Assembly (NCBI GenBank): GCA_020054235.1 | Contig: JAGVLQ010000018.1 | Location: forward strand, 22,421-86,420 | DNA length: 64,000 nucleotides | Direction: 5' to 3' | DNA from: Candidatus Babeliales bacterium | Lineage (GTDB): Bacteria; Babelota; Babeliae; Babelales; JACPOV01 | In this document: piece by piece, positions 16,974 to 27,017 of the stretch | How positions within the stretch are numbered: position 1 is the stretch's first letter | How the letters are laid out: each line of letters begins with the position of its first letter | Notes under the pieces: generated by a model | Told to the model about the DNA's origin: nothing | The model's database searches: none | The model's input: the letters and a program-made list of their open reading frames with translations, nothing else | Translations under genes and position numbers: made by a program

Positions 16974-17082
16974 CTTTCATAAAACTCCGTTGGTCATTTG
17001 ACAAATACTTCTCAATCGTTATCTTGTATACATATCTGTACGTACAATAAATTTTAATCTCGTGTTACGTTAGGGAATTTCT

Positions 17083-19521
17083 ATGCAAAAAATATCTAAT
17101 TGCATTTATATATTTTTCTTAAGTTTATTTGTCAGCGCAAACGTCATTTCCACAACGCTTTATGCCGCAGAAACAGAGCAAACTTCACAACCACAAATTC
17201 CCATTTCTGTTATCAATGAATATTTGGAAGCTAAACTCAAGCCAACCTTAAAATTGTATGAACAGTTAGATTTTATTTGCGAGCACCTTGCCCAAGTAAT
17301 TAACAATCACCAAGTACGTAATATCGACAAAAAATTAGTCCTGCAGCACATCACTTCTATTCGTAAAAATATTCAAGAAATTAAAAAAGGTGCCTATGTG
17401 GTCGTTGATCCGTACAGCATCAAAGTTCTTTTAAGCATTGCAGAAGCACTTATTGAGCACATGCGCACCATTGTTGGTACCGGTTTGAAAAAACTACCTG
17501 AACTGCAACTTGATCAAGTTATCAAACGCAGCCTGGCATCTGATGACTTCAACTTTGAGCACCTTGAGCAGCAGTTAGAAACCAACGAAAATACCTTAAA
17601 ACAATTGGATACAGAAGCTCAAAATGTTGGTCTTTCATTTTTTAATCGCAGCTATCGCCGCTTAGAAAAATTTATTAGCGATTACAGCTTGGTTAAACGA
17701 GGCTCAGTGGGATTATTTTTAGGTCTTGGCATTTATTGGATTCTCTCTCGAATCGACAAAGAAACTACTGAAAAATTGCCTGGATTCCAAAAACCCGATG
17801 AAAATAGTTTCATTGCAAAAATAAAATCATTTAAAGAAAACTATATCGGTACCGCCCCTCGATATAATAAAGTAACGGGGGATTTGGTTACCAAAAAAGA
17901 TGAACTTAAAGGGGGTAGTGCTATAGAATCATTTTTTGGTGGTCATGGTATTGTCGACCTCACAATGCCTGCACTCATCACATGGCCTCTCCTTGCAAAA
18001 CCTTTTGAAAATAACTGGAAAGAGTTCAAGGGTTGGACCGCAAAAAAATGGGAAGGCATTCGCAGCTACTTGCGTGGTGGCCCGGTTGAGAAAAAAGCAG
18101 AATATTGGAAAAGAGAGCCGCGCATTCGCTTTAATGACATCATTGGTAAAAATCATCATAAAAATGTCTTGGGGCGCGTAGTTGATTACATTCGTGACCA
18201 TGAGCGCTATGACCGCGCGGGTATTTCACCGGAAGCCGGCTATTTACTTGCAGGTCCATCGCGAACCGGTAAAACATATTTAGCTGAGGCAATTGCTGGC
18301 GAAATTAAAGACGTATTGCTTGAAAAAGGTGTCTCAGATCAATTCAATTTCTTTGCCTTTAATGCTGCTGATATTGCAGAATTTGGCATTGAACTTATTA
18401 TGAATCTTGCAAAGGATAGTGCGCCATGCGTCTTGTTTATTGATGAAATCGACATGTGCGGCTGGCAGCGCGAACGTGATGCAAAAAGTTTAAGCCAAGT
18501 ATTAACCGCAATGAGTGGTTGCATGAACAAAGATCGCTCTAAAACGGTTATTGTTATTGGTGCTACCAACAAGCCACAAAACCTTGACCAAGCATTATTG
18601 CAAAAAGGTCGCTTTGGTAAAATATTATGGTTTGATTATCCAACTTACGAAGATCGTCTTGCGTACTTGGTACGTGAACTTGAAAACCGTAGTATTATGT
18701 CTATTGACGAAAACTATATCAAAAAGCTTGCACAAGAAACAGATCGCTGTTCTTTTGATGACTTAAATTCAATCATCGTTACCGCATTGCAAAAGTCAAA
18801 AGCGCAAGGACGCATACTTGAAGCACAACACTTAGAAGAAGCATTTGACGAAGAAATCAGACACGTGATGCTTGATGAAATTCCATTGCCTGATGAACAA
18901 AAGAAAATATTGGCCGTACATCAGGCTGGCCACACATTGGCAACCATGCTCTTGGACGATGCTGAATTTTTAACAAAAGTTACTATTCGTCCAATTACCA
19001 ATAAAGTACAAGAAGAAAGCGTTTGGTCTAAATACGCAAATGATGGTAAATCGAAAGATGATAAACCAAAAGAGCAAATTGAATACGGCAAACTCTTTTC
19101 ATCAAAACCAAATCATAACGACACCATTAAAACGCAACAGGAAATCTTAAATATGATTCGCATTGAACTTGCCGGCCATATCGCAGAAAAAGTACTCTTG
19201 GGCTCAAGCGGTTATACCTATCATAAAGAAGATAAAGCTAAAGCCTTGCATATGGCAAAATATGTGGTCTTTGAAGGCATGAGTGAGCGGGATTTACCAA
19301 AAGAAACTTGTTCTGCATTAAATACAAAAGCATACAGTTTATTGCAAGCATGCCAAGATGAAGTTCAGGAGTTGCTTGAGCAGCATAAAGATCAGTTAGC
19401 TTCTATTGCTACTGCCTTGTATGAAAAGCTGACGCTTTCGCAGGCTGAGTTAGTAGAACTTTTACAAAAGAAAGAAGAAACACCAAAAGTTCAAGAAGAA
19501 CTGCAAACAACAAATAGTTAA
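17083..19521 (+). CDS. FtsH-like AAA+ ATPase with degenerate (HQxxH) M41 peptidase domain and long N-terminal extension
   Basis: Walker A GPSRTGKT, Walker B VLFIDEID, SRH GATNKPQNLDQALLQKGRFG. The peptidase motif reads HQAGH (18919-18933) where FtsH has HEAGH. About 380 aa of N-terminal extension carry a signal peptide and a TM segment (GLFLGLGIYWIL). Confidence 0.7.
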   Translation: MQKISNCIYIFFLSLFVSANVISTTLYAAETEQTSQPQIPISVINEYLEAKLKPTLKLYEQLDFICEHLAQVINNHQVRNIDKKLVLQHITSIRKNIQEIKKGAYVVVDPYSIKVLLSIAEALIEHMRTIVGTGLKKLPELQLDQVIKRSLASDDFNFEHLEQQLETNENTLKQLDTEAQNVGLSFFNRSYRRLEKFISDYSLVKRGSVGLFLGLGIYWILSRIDKETTEKLPGFQKPDENSFIAKIKSFKENYIGTAPRYNKVTGDLVTKKDELKGGSAIESFFGGHGIVDLTMPALITWPLLAKPFENNWKEFKGWTAKKWEGIRSYLRGGPVEKKAEYWKREPRIRFNDIIGKNHHKNVLGRVVDYIRDHERYDRAGISPEAGYLLAGPSRTGKTYLAEAIAGEIKDVLLEKGVSDQFNFFAFNAADIAEFGIELIMNLAKDSAPCVLFIDEIDMCGWQRERDAKSLSQVLTAMSGCMNKDRSKTVIVIGATNKPQNLDQALLQKGRFGKILWFDYPTYEDRLAYLVRELENRSIMSIDENYIKKLAQETDRCSFDDLNSIIVTALQKSKAQGRILEAQHLEEAFDEEIRHVMLDEIPLPDEQKKILAVHQAGHTLATMLLDDAEFLTKVTIRPITNKVQEESVWSKYANDGKSKDDKPKEQIEYGKLFSSKPNHNDTIKTQQEILNMIRIELAGHIAEKVLLGSSGYTYHKEDKAKALHMAKYVVFEGMSERDLPKETCSALNTKAYSLLQACQDEVQELLEQHKDQLASIATALYEKLTLSQAELVELLQKKEETPKVQEELQTTNS

Positions 19522-19526
19522 CAAAC

Positions 19527-19561
19527 TAAAAAGCCCCATTCAAATCGAGTGGGGCTTTTTT
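19527..19561. terminator. bidirectional rho-independent terminator between convergent genes
   Basis: Stem AGCCCCA (19532-19538) with TGGGGCT (19550-19556), flanked by A5 upstream and T6 downstream. Confidence 0.6.
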
Positions 19562-20018
19562 AAATAACAATCTCTTCTATCATTTCTAACCGCTTTTCAT
19601 ACCGACCATCCTTTTTTTGAGCGACCAACCATGCTTGCAACATCCTTAATGCATCTTCATTGCTGACATAATCTGAAGGAAATACTAACACATTCACATG
19701 ATCATGCTCTTTGGCAATAGCTGCAATATCCGCATTCCAGACAACACCCGCATAAATGCCGGGATACCGATTTGCCGTAATTGCCATGCCAATACCGCTG
19801 CCGCAAATGAGCACTGCTGAATCTGCTGCTTTTTCACGCATCGCAGCAACGGCACGAATAGCATACTTTGGATAATCAGAGCGTTGATCATCAACGGCAC
19901 CAACGTCTTGCCATTCCACCGTTGTTGTATCAAATTCTTTGTGCTTTTTTAAAAATTCTTTCATGGAATAACCACGATGATCAGCTCCAATTGCAATTGA
20001 TCGCTTTTTTTTGTTCAT
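19560..20018 (-). CDS. rpiB: ribose-5-phosphate isomerase B
   Basis: IAIGADHRGY...VLICGSGIGMAITANR motifs of the RpiB/LacAB family; 152 aa. Confidence 0.8.
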   Translation of the reverse strand: MNKKKRSIAIGADHRGYSMKEFLKKHKEFDTTTVEWQDVGAVDDQRSDYPKYAIRAVAAMREKAADSAVLICGSGIGMAITANRYPGIYAGVVWNADIAAIAKEHDHVNVLVFPSDYVSNEDALRMLQAWLVAQKKDGRYEKRLEMIEEIVI

Positions 20019-20050
20019 GCTACTTCCTTTTTTTAATCAAACTTAATTAG

Positions 20051-20542
20051 TTACTTGTTAAAGTGCTCTACTAAATTTTTATAAATGGCTACAAGATCAA
20101 ATGAAAGTGTTTTGGTTAATGCACAAGTAGCCAAAAAGTTTGCATCGCCAATAAAACGTGGCACTATGTGAATATGGATATGATCATTCACACTACCGCC
20201 TGATGCTTTTCCCTTATTTAACCCCATATTTATGCCATCACAACCAAAATGATCTTCAAGGATTGCCATACTTTGCGCCATTACATCCATAAGCTGATAT
20301 TGTTCTTCTTTTGGTAAATCAGTAAGACATTTAACATGTTTATAAGGAATTACGAGAATATGGCCCAGCCCATACGCATAAAGATTAAGCACAACAGCAC
20401 AGTAAGAATATCGTTTAATAATTAAATTTTGATCATCAGCCTTTTGGGTAAACATTGCACAAAACGGGCATTGATCAGCTCTTTTTTGAGAATTTTTATT
20501 TTTTAAATAAACGTCACGCCAAGGAGCATAGAGATAGTTCAT
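20051..20542 (-). CDS. HIT-family nucleotide hydrolase/transferase
   Basis: Histidine triad DHIHIHIVPR, plus an N-terminal CPFC. Confidence 0.75.
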   Translation of the reverse strand: MNYLYAPWRDVYLKNKNSQKRADQCPFCAMFTQKADDQNLIIKRYSYCAVVLNLYAYGLGHILVIPYKHVKCLTDLPKEEQYQLMDVMAQSMAILEDHFGCDGINMGLNKGKASGGSVNDHIHIHIVPRFIGDANFLATCALTKTLSFDLVAIYKNLVEHFNK

Positions 20543-20592
20543 TGCTATAATTTCCTAAAAATTGTTATTGATGTATTTAAAAAATATTAAAA

Positions 20593-21345
20593 TTACAGAC
20601 AACATTCAAGATCATATAACAATACATCCGGATCTTTTTTCATATCTCGGCAGATCAAATTGCCATCCGCATTTAAGCACCAAGTCAAATAAACTTTTCG
20701 GTCAGGCCGAGAAAACACTAAATCAATATGACAAATTCCCGATTTCAGCAATGATTCACCGCTTTCATCATTTGCTGGAAATTTTACTAAAAATGAACTT
20801 TTAAATCGAGTATAGGTTTTGCCAAAAAAAAGCATATATTCCGGAGGCAACTGAACTTCAGCAATTTCTAATGGACTATACAGTCTACCACCAAGAGATA
20901 AACAAACCGACCATTCTGGATCTTCATCAGAAAGTAATGAATTATTACACGATGGCATCGCAGTCAAAACATAAAAGGAAATATAGTTTGAATTTTCAGC
21001 AAACTGCTCTTGCAGCAATTGCCTGTATTGTTGTTCGTTAAAACAATATTTGCAGGAATAAACGTGTGCATATGCATGGCGCACTTGATTAGAAAGCCAG
21101 AGCGCCGTAAAATGGCCTAACGTATCAAATTGGTCATATACATGCTTCGTGCGGCGATATTGCCTCACTAAGGCAGTTTGCGAGTCAATCGGCTCTCCTT
21201 GATTAAAAACATCCTTGAGCCATGGCTGATATGGTGTGCAACCAAATAAAAAAAGTAAGCTAAGCAGGACTAAAGGCTTTGCAAAGGATTCACTCCGTTC
21301 ATCCTGAGCTTGTCGAAGGATGTAGCGCATTATATACTTTATCAT
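20593..21345 (-). CDS. hypothetical lipoprotein
   Basis: Lipobox-like LLFLFGC. The N-terminal codons (ILRQAQDERSE) are supplied by the 29-bp repeat at 21295-21323. An alternative start is the ATG at 21330. Confidence 0.5.
   Translation of the reverse strand: MIKYIMRYILRQAQDERSESFAKPLVLLSLLFLFGCTPYQPWLKDVFNQGEPIDSQTALVRQYRRTKHVYDQFDTLGHFTALWLSNQVRHAYAHVYSCKYCFNEQQYRQLLQEQFAENSNYISFYVLTAMPSCNNSLLSDEDPEWSVCLSLGGRLYSPLEIAEVQLPPEYMLFFGKTYTRFKSSFLVKFPANDESGESLLKSGICHIDLVFSRPDRKVYLTWCLNADGNLICRDMKKDPDVLLYDLECCL
21295..21323. repeat. 29-bp inverted repeat, left arm
   Basis: CCGTTCATCCTGAGCTTGTCGAAGGATGT is the perfect reverse complement of 21431-21459. Confidence 0.9.
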
Positions 21346-21430
21346 AATATTCGTTTTCTAAATTTATTTTTTAAATACACTAATATTTGTACTATGCAAA
21401 GTCTAGTGTATGTCCCACTAAATTTTGCAT

Positions 21431-21459
21431 ACATCCTTCGACAAGCTCAGGATGAACGG
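21431..21459. repeat. 29-bp inverted repeat, right arm
   Basis: ACATCCTTCGACAAGCTCAGGATGAACGG is separated from the left arm by 107 nt of divergent promoter region. Confidence 0.9.
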
Positions 21460-21506
21460 ATGTTTATTAGGATATAATAACTTTGTAAAATATTGACAAG
21501 CTTCAC

Positions 21507-22727
21507 ATGCCAAATCTTACCTTTCTTCTTGCCTGGCGCTATCTAAATGGTGCGCGTAAAACAACTATCGGCACCATGTTGCTTATTTCATTTTTCAGTA
21601 TTTATCTTTCTACCACTGCCCTTACGTTGGTTACGTTTATTATGGAAGGTTTTGAGCAAAAAACGCACGCTACACTCAAAGGCATGCACGCAGATCTGAT
21701 TATGCGAGCCGGCGGACAACACATTGATTTTAAATCGGTACAAAATGTACTTGCAAAAGATTTTCCAGAAATTAATTCAGCAAGTCCTTCTGATACTCAT
21801 CAAGGATTAATTAAATCAAATAACACAGAAATAACGGAAATAATTATGCTGCGCGGCATTGATCCAAAAACAGAACAGCAAACTAGTTCCCTTGGCAACA
21901 TGCTTGAAAACAAAGAAAAAAATCTATTTATGTTATTAAAAAAGCCACAATCAGCGCTCATTGGCCACAAATTAGCAAAACATCTGAAAATAAAACGTCA
22001 TGAACCTCTTCAGGTTCTCGTTGCCGATGAGCAATCACTCACCAAAAATGCCATTACTTTTAGTCCACATACTTTTATTGTTACAGGTATTTTCAAAACG
22101 GGGATCGAAGAACTTGATAGTAATTTAGTCATCACAAGTTTATCATCATTGGGCAACATAATACCTGAAAGTGGCCCAACTACCATTCATCTGAATTATG
22201 CTTCGGGTACTCATGAAGCGCACTTGATAAAAAAATTAAAAAAAAGGTTTGGCTTGCAGATCTATGCATGGAAAGATTTATATCCTGCACTGGTTGAAGC
22301 TTTAGCTTTAGAAAAATATACCATGATCATAGTTTTAGGTTTAATGGTCTTGATTGCCAGCATGAGTATTGTAGCATTGCTCTTCATGTTGATTACTACA
22401 AAACGAACTGATCAAGCAATCTTGCTTGCAATGGGTTTTTCTAAAAAATCATGTTACAGTGTTTTTATCATCATTGGCTTAATAGTAAGCTTAAGTTCCT
22501 GTTGTGCCGGTTTGCTCACAGCATTATTGGTTGGCTTATTGCTGCAACGCTATCCTATTATCAGGTTGCCTGATGCGTATTTTGTAAGCCAACTACCGAT
22601 TGTCATTCAACCTTCTGTTTTTTGGGCAATGCTTTTATTTATTTTTGCAATAAGTTTATTGGCAAGTTTTTTAGCGGTACGAAAACAGAAAAATATTTCT
22701 ATTTCTCAGTTGTTGCGCCAACCATAA
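21507..22727 (+). CDS. LolC/LolE-type (FtsX/MacB family) ABC transporter permease
   Basis: N-terminus LLAWRYLNGARK, a large periplasmic loop and a C-terminal FtsX-like 3-TM bundle; 406 aa. Confidence 0.7.
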   Translation: MPNLTFLLAWRYLNGARKTTIGTMLLISFFSIYLSTTALTLVTFIMEGFEQKTHATLKGMHADLIMRAGGQHIDFKSVQNVLAKDFPEINSASPSDTHQGLIKSNNTEITEIIMLRGIDPKTEQQTSSLGNMLENKEKNLFMLLKKPQSALIGHKLAKHLKIKRHEPLQVLVADEQSLTKNAITFSPHTFIVTGIFKTGIEELDSNLVITSLSSLGNIIPESGPTTIHLNYASGTHEAHLIKKLKKRFGLQIYAWKDLYPALVEALALEKYTMIIVLGLMVLIASMSIVALLFMLITTKRTDQAILLAMGFSKKSCYSVFIIIGLIVSLSSCCAGLLTALLVGLLLQRYPIIRLPDAYFVSQLPIVIQPSVFWAMLLFIFAISLLASFLAVRKQKNISISQLLRQP

Positions 22728-22729
22728 TT

Positions 22730-23746
22730 TCATTTATTTAAAAGAGCTAACAGATCCTTTTGTTTTACAAACATAGTGATATCGCGCTCTATAAATGGAA
22801 TTTCTGCCGTAGATCTTTTTGTAATGCTACTATTGGCATAATCAAACCACGAACGACCTTCCGGCGCACGCGGTGAACCTTTGAAATCTGGAAATCGATT
22901 CGATTTACCAAGTTTTCCTTTAAAATTCTGCCATAGCTGTTGATCTAAAAATTGAGTATGTTCATGGCATCGCCAAACAGCACCCTTACCATCAGCTGAA
23001 TCACCAAGTAAATTAACGAGCGGGACTTTTTCAGCATAACTTGCATGGCCACCTTTTGCTACAAACACCAGTGGATGCGTTCCGTTAAATACCAAATTTT
23101 TTGCATGCACATAGGTACCTTCATCTCCGTGGCGGGAAAAATACATTTGTTGAATAACAACTGTTCCTTTCTTTGTTTTTTTTAAATACACTTCTACTTC
23201 TTCAACATCACCCTCGTGCTTTGCTTTTGTCTTTTTTTCAATAAACTTTTTAGTATCGAAAACTTTATCCGGAATATTCAAAACTAGATCACCCTGCAGC
23301 AATGCTTGCTTTAAAACATACAATGCTGGTGTAATGTTATTAAAGGGATACAAAAAGAAAAATTGCAAGACAGCAGATTCAGGATCAACAACTTGATAAT
23401 TAAGATAGCATGGTACATGCACTTGGTTATGTTGAGGTTTTTGTCCTCGATATGATTGTTCTAAATTCTTGCCATCAAGCATAAGATAAAAATCAGTATC
23501 CGTATGTTTACCAAGATCTTGAACAGTAAGATTTCCTGAAGGGATAATTGCATCCGTTGAACCATCTTGATACAAACCTGAACGCTCCACAAGCCATTCC
23601 ATAGAATTTGGAAAATTCTGCTCATTTTTATCAAAAAAAAGGGTCGGTGCAAACTGTTGTACCATTTTTTCACGATTGGTAAAATCATCTTGCATGGTCG
23701 GTTGCAATAGCAAAAGCAAAAGTGCATAAAAACAAAACAATGACAT
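22730..23746 (-). CDS. secreted protein, Vps62/DUF946-like (tentative)
   Basis: Signal peptide. FAPTLFFDKNEQNFPNSMEW resembles the conserved N-terminal motif of the Vps62 family. This is a recollection-level match only. Confidence 0.35.
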   Translation of the reverse strand: MSLFCFYALLLLLLQPTMQDDFTNREKMVQQFAPTLFFDKNEQNFPNSMEWLVERSGLYQDGSTDAIIPSGNLTVQDLGKHTDTDFYLMLDGKNLEQSYRGQKPQHNQVHVPCYLNYQVVDPESAVLQFFFLYPFNNITPALYVLKQALLQGDLVLNIPDKVFDTKKFIEKKTKAKHEGDVEEVEVYLKKTKKGTVVIQQMYFSRHGDEGTYVHAKNLVFNGTHPLVFVAKGGHASYAEKVPLVNLLGDSADGKGAVWRCHEHTQFLDQQLWQNFKGKLGKSNRFPDFKGSPRAPEGRSWFDYANSSITKRSTAEIPFIERDITMFVKQKDLLALLNK

Positions 23747-23911
23747 AAAAATTCCTTGGTAATGAATTTACAACACTATTACATGATATAGGTATTTTAT
23801 GTTTTAAATAATTAAATTCTTCAATGTCAATATGTTATCTGGTTATCTGAATTGAAAATTACTATACTTTGGTCAGTCTGACAAACGGTAGATTTAAAAA
23901 AAAGGAAATCA

Positions 23912-25084
23912 ATGAACGCCATCACATCATCGCTACGATCTATGGCTTTAGAGAACAAAACAGTTTTTCTCCGAGCTGACCTGAACGTACCACTTTCAAA
24001 AAGAACTATCGTTAATGATTTTAAATTACAAGCTTCACGCCCTACCCTTGATTTTCTTTTACAAAAGAGAGCAAAAATTGTTCTTGCAACACATCTGGGC
24101 AGACCAAAAAATGCAGAAGATGAACTTTCAACCAAAAACCTGACCAACTGGTTTAAACAACATGGGTACATCGTAACATTTGCAAAAAATCCACAGGAAG
24201 CCGCTCAGAAAGTTCATAGGCTAAAAAAAGGTTTTATATTACTGGAAAACTTACGCTTTTTTCCTGGAGAAAAGGACCAAAGTTCAGAATTTGCTAAAGA
24301 ACTAAAAGAGTGTGGCGAAATTTATGTTAATGATGCCTTTGGCACACTGCATCGCAACGATACTTCTATCACCTCGTTACCCGAACTCTATGAAAAAAAA
24401 GATAAAACAATTGGTTTTTTAGTTGAAAAAGAAATAAAACATTTGCAAACGTTAACCAATAAGCCAGAAAAACCCTACGTAGTAATTTTAGGTGGTGGCA
24501 AAGTTTCAACAAAATTACCTTTTATCAAAGCAATGCTGCATAAAGCCGACAAAATTCTTTTATGTCCAGCCCTTGTTTTCACGTTATTAAAAGCACTGGG
24601 CAAACCGGTTGGTAAATCTTTGGTCGATCCTGCACAATTTGAAGCAATGAAAGAACTTTGGCAACTATCCAATAGTTCACAAATAATTCAACTGCCAACC
24701 GATTATCAAATTGCACTGAATTCTCCTGAAGGAAACATATCACTTACTGCTGATGATGAAATTCCTGACAATGCACTCGGTACAGCAATTGGGCCAAAAA
24801 GCATAATCAACTTTGGCGAGATAATCAAACAAGCAAAAACTATTTTTTTCAATGCCGCTATGGGCTTTGCTAACAGGCCAGAAACAACGCAAGCAACCAA
24901 CCTTTTATTGCAAACCTTAGCAAAATCTGATGCTTACACTGTTGTTGGTGGTGGTGATTCGGTAAGCGCAGCATTTGCCGCCGGCGTTGCAGGCAACATA
25001 AATTTTCTTTCGACCGGCGGCGGCGCTACGTTGGCCTATTTGAGTGGCGAAAAACTGCCAGGGCTTATTGCAATCGGCGATTAA
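23912..25084 (+). CDS. pgk: phosphoglycerate kinase
   Basis: VFLRADLNVPL, ATHLGRP, NDAFGTLHR and GGGDS...STGGGA motifs; 390 aa. Confidence 0.9.
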   Translation: MNAITSSLRSMALENKTVFLRADLNVPLSKRTIVNDFKLQASRPTLDFLLQKRAKIVLATHLGRPKNAEDELSTKNLTNWFKQHGYIVTFAKNPQEAAQKVHRLKKGFILLENLRFFPGEKDQSSEFAKELKECGEIYVNDAFGTLHRNDTSITSLPELYEKKDKTIGFLVEKEIKHLQTLTNKPEKPYVVILGGGKVSTKLPFIKAMLHKADKILLCPALVFTLLKALGKPVGKSLVDPAQFEAMKELWQLSNSSQIIQLPTDYQIALNSPEGNISLTADDEIPDNALGTAIGPKSIINFGEIIKQAKTIFFNAAMGFANRPETTQATNLLLQTLAKSDAYTVVGGGDSVSAAFAAGVAGNINFLSTGGGATLAYLSGEKLPGLIAIGD

Positions 25085-25614
25085 TGCACTGGACACAAGC
25101 CCAGATAATACACGCCATGCTCAAGATGCTCTTCGATCAATTCAGCATCGCCATCTTCAGCTTGAAACAATAAAATACCATGATTATCATGTTTCATCGG
25201 CCAAATAAGATAACGTGGATCTGAAAATCCAAGTTGCTGTGCAATTTCATTGATCGCTTCTTGTTCTGATTTTTTATTTTTTAAGCTTTCACACGCAAAA
25301 GAGCATACTTTGTTGTTAAATTCTGATTCTTGTAAATATGAACAATACTTTTGTTGTTCTCGCCAAACATCTTTGACATCAGCACAATAACCTTTTTCAT
25401 GCTTACAAATACCAGCAACTCCTTTGATGCAATTAAAATCAGGATTATCTATAAGATAGGCAACTTTGCTAAGATTAAAACAAAGTTCATGACAAAAATC
25501 ATGCAATACTAAATGGGGAACATATTCTTGCCCGTGACATTCAATAATCTTTCTTGGCAAACAGTTCAAGAACTTAAGTAATGCCATATGTTTATTGGCA
25601 TGCTTCATACTCAT
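25081..25614 (-). CDS. hypothetical Cys/His-rich protein
   Basis: 177-aa ORF whose stop overlaps the pgk stop by 4 nt. No recognisable family. Confidence 0.45.
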   Translation of the reverse strand: MSMKHANKHMALLKFLNCLPRKIIECHGQEYVPHLVLHDFCHELCFNLSKVAYLIDNPDFNCIKGVAGICKHEKGYCADVKDVWREQQKYCSYLQESEFNNKVCSFACESLKNKKSEQEAINEIAQQLGFSDPRYLIWPMKHDNHGILLFQAEDGDAELIEEHLEHGVYYLGLCPVH

Positions 25615-25861
25615 CCTTTCTTAACGGTTAAAAAATTTTTACCGCATATAAGAACTCCTTTCTCCTTTTCATTACTCAGATTACTATGATAGCTTGAGGT
25701 ATGCAAATGGTTGAACTTCTTGAAATTTATAGTTTTTTTGCAAATAAATAAGATTTTTAGATTATTTTACAAAAAAATTAGTACGAATCTTTTGTTCCAT
25801 GCAAAATTTAGCTAAAGTAGTCATAAAGCAAAATCGACAATAAAAAAAAGAAAAAGCGAGA

Positions 25862-26914
25862 GTGAAGATCAAAAAGCTTCTTTTAATTATTATTCTTTTA
25901 TTTGCTTCATCAAACCTTCTTAGTAGAAGTGTTTTTAGATTACGGAGTCCTCTTGAACCTTCGATTACTGCTCGATGGCAAGGAGATAATCTTGGCCATA
26001 CCCTCGTTCATTCTCATCTTCAAGAAGGGCCGTATTTTAATTTATTTGATCAAAACTATTTTTTTTCTCATCTCCTGCCATCAGGTTCAATTTCTTTTCG
26101 AAATAACCCTGATAAAACGGTAACAGGAAAACAACTTTCTTTACTTGTTGAAGAACTTTTGCAAGAGGTAGAACAGAAAAAAACACATTATAGGCATTTT
26201 ACAATTTTAAAGCGGCGGGATTTTAATACTCATGATCAAACAGGCTTAATCATTGCAAAATTTAACGATTATCCCTTTGTGCTTAAAATTTTTATCGAAA
26301 CTCCAAAGAGTTTTGTTGAACCATTGTCAAAAGGCTTTGAAACGACGGGTCTTTTTTTGCTAGGTGGTGGCATCACACGCCATTTAAGCGGTTTTACTCG
26401 GATAAAAAATTTAGAACGTTTACAAAAAAAGGTTCAAACTGATCCTTACTGGTCAAAAATAGTTGAATTTCCTCGCAAGTGGTATTGGCTTCCGCAAAAT
26501 CCTCGGTGGATGGAAATAACCGGAAAAAACATGGGGCCAGAAAAAGAACGTACCACAACCATCCCGGCTATTTATGGTTTAATTTGCGATTACATTCAGG
26601 TCGAACGAATGTACAGCCTCCTCAATCATGAAGATCGCAAAATAGCTATGCAATTAAGTAATTTTTTAGAGCAGCAAATAGATCCGCACATTAACAACTA
26701 TGCCGTTGAAAAAGAAACTAAAAAGATTGTTCCCATTGATACTGAGCATTTTCCCACCATGGTCGGCTATGATGTTCCACCGCCTTGTAACAATTATGTG
26801 CAATGGTATTGTCAACTCGGCTTTAAAATGATTATGGATACTATGACACGCAGTAAAGCTCATCGTCGCATGATACAAGCACGCCAAAATTGGCCAATGG
26901 GAAAATTTGATTAA
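25862..26914 (+). CDS. hypothetical secreted protein
   Basis: 350-aa ORF with a GTG start and a signal peptide (LLLIIILLFASSNLLS). Confidence 0.5.
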   Translation: MKIKKLLLIIILLFASSNLLSRSVFRLRSPLEPSITARWQGDNLGHTLVHSHLQEGPYFNLFDQNYFFSHLLPSGSISFRNNPDKTVTGKQLSLLVEELLQEVEQKKTHYRHFTILKRRDFNTHDQTGLIIAKFNDYPFVLKIFIETPKSFVEPLSKGFETTGLFLLGGGITRHLSGFTRIKNLERLQKKVQTDPYWSKIVEFPRKWYWLPQNPRWMEITGKNMGPEKERTTTIPAIYGLICDYIQVERMYSLLNHEDRKIAMQLSNFLEQQIDPHINNYAVEKETKKIVPIDTEHFPTMVGYDVPPPCNNYVQWYCQLGFKMIMDTMTRSKAHRRMIQARQNWPMGKFD

Positions 26915-26931
26915 CGTTACAGGAGCAGTTT

Positions 26932-27015
26932 ATGTGGTATACCATATTGGCGGTTTTATTGACAATGTTTGTACTTCAAGGTTTATATTATTTTTGGAAA
27001 AACAGAAAAAAATAA
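26932..27015 (+). CDS. possible 27-aa single-TM peptide
   Basis: AGGAG (26921-26925) lies 6 nt upstream of the ATG. The peptide is MWYTILAVLLTMFVLQGLYYFWKNRKK. Confidence 0.3.
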   Translation: MWYTILAVLLTMFVLQGLYYFWKNRKK

Positions 27016-27017
27016 TA

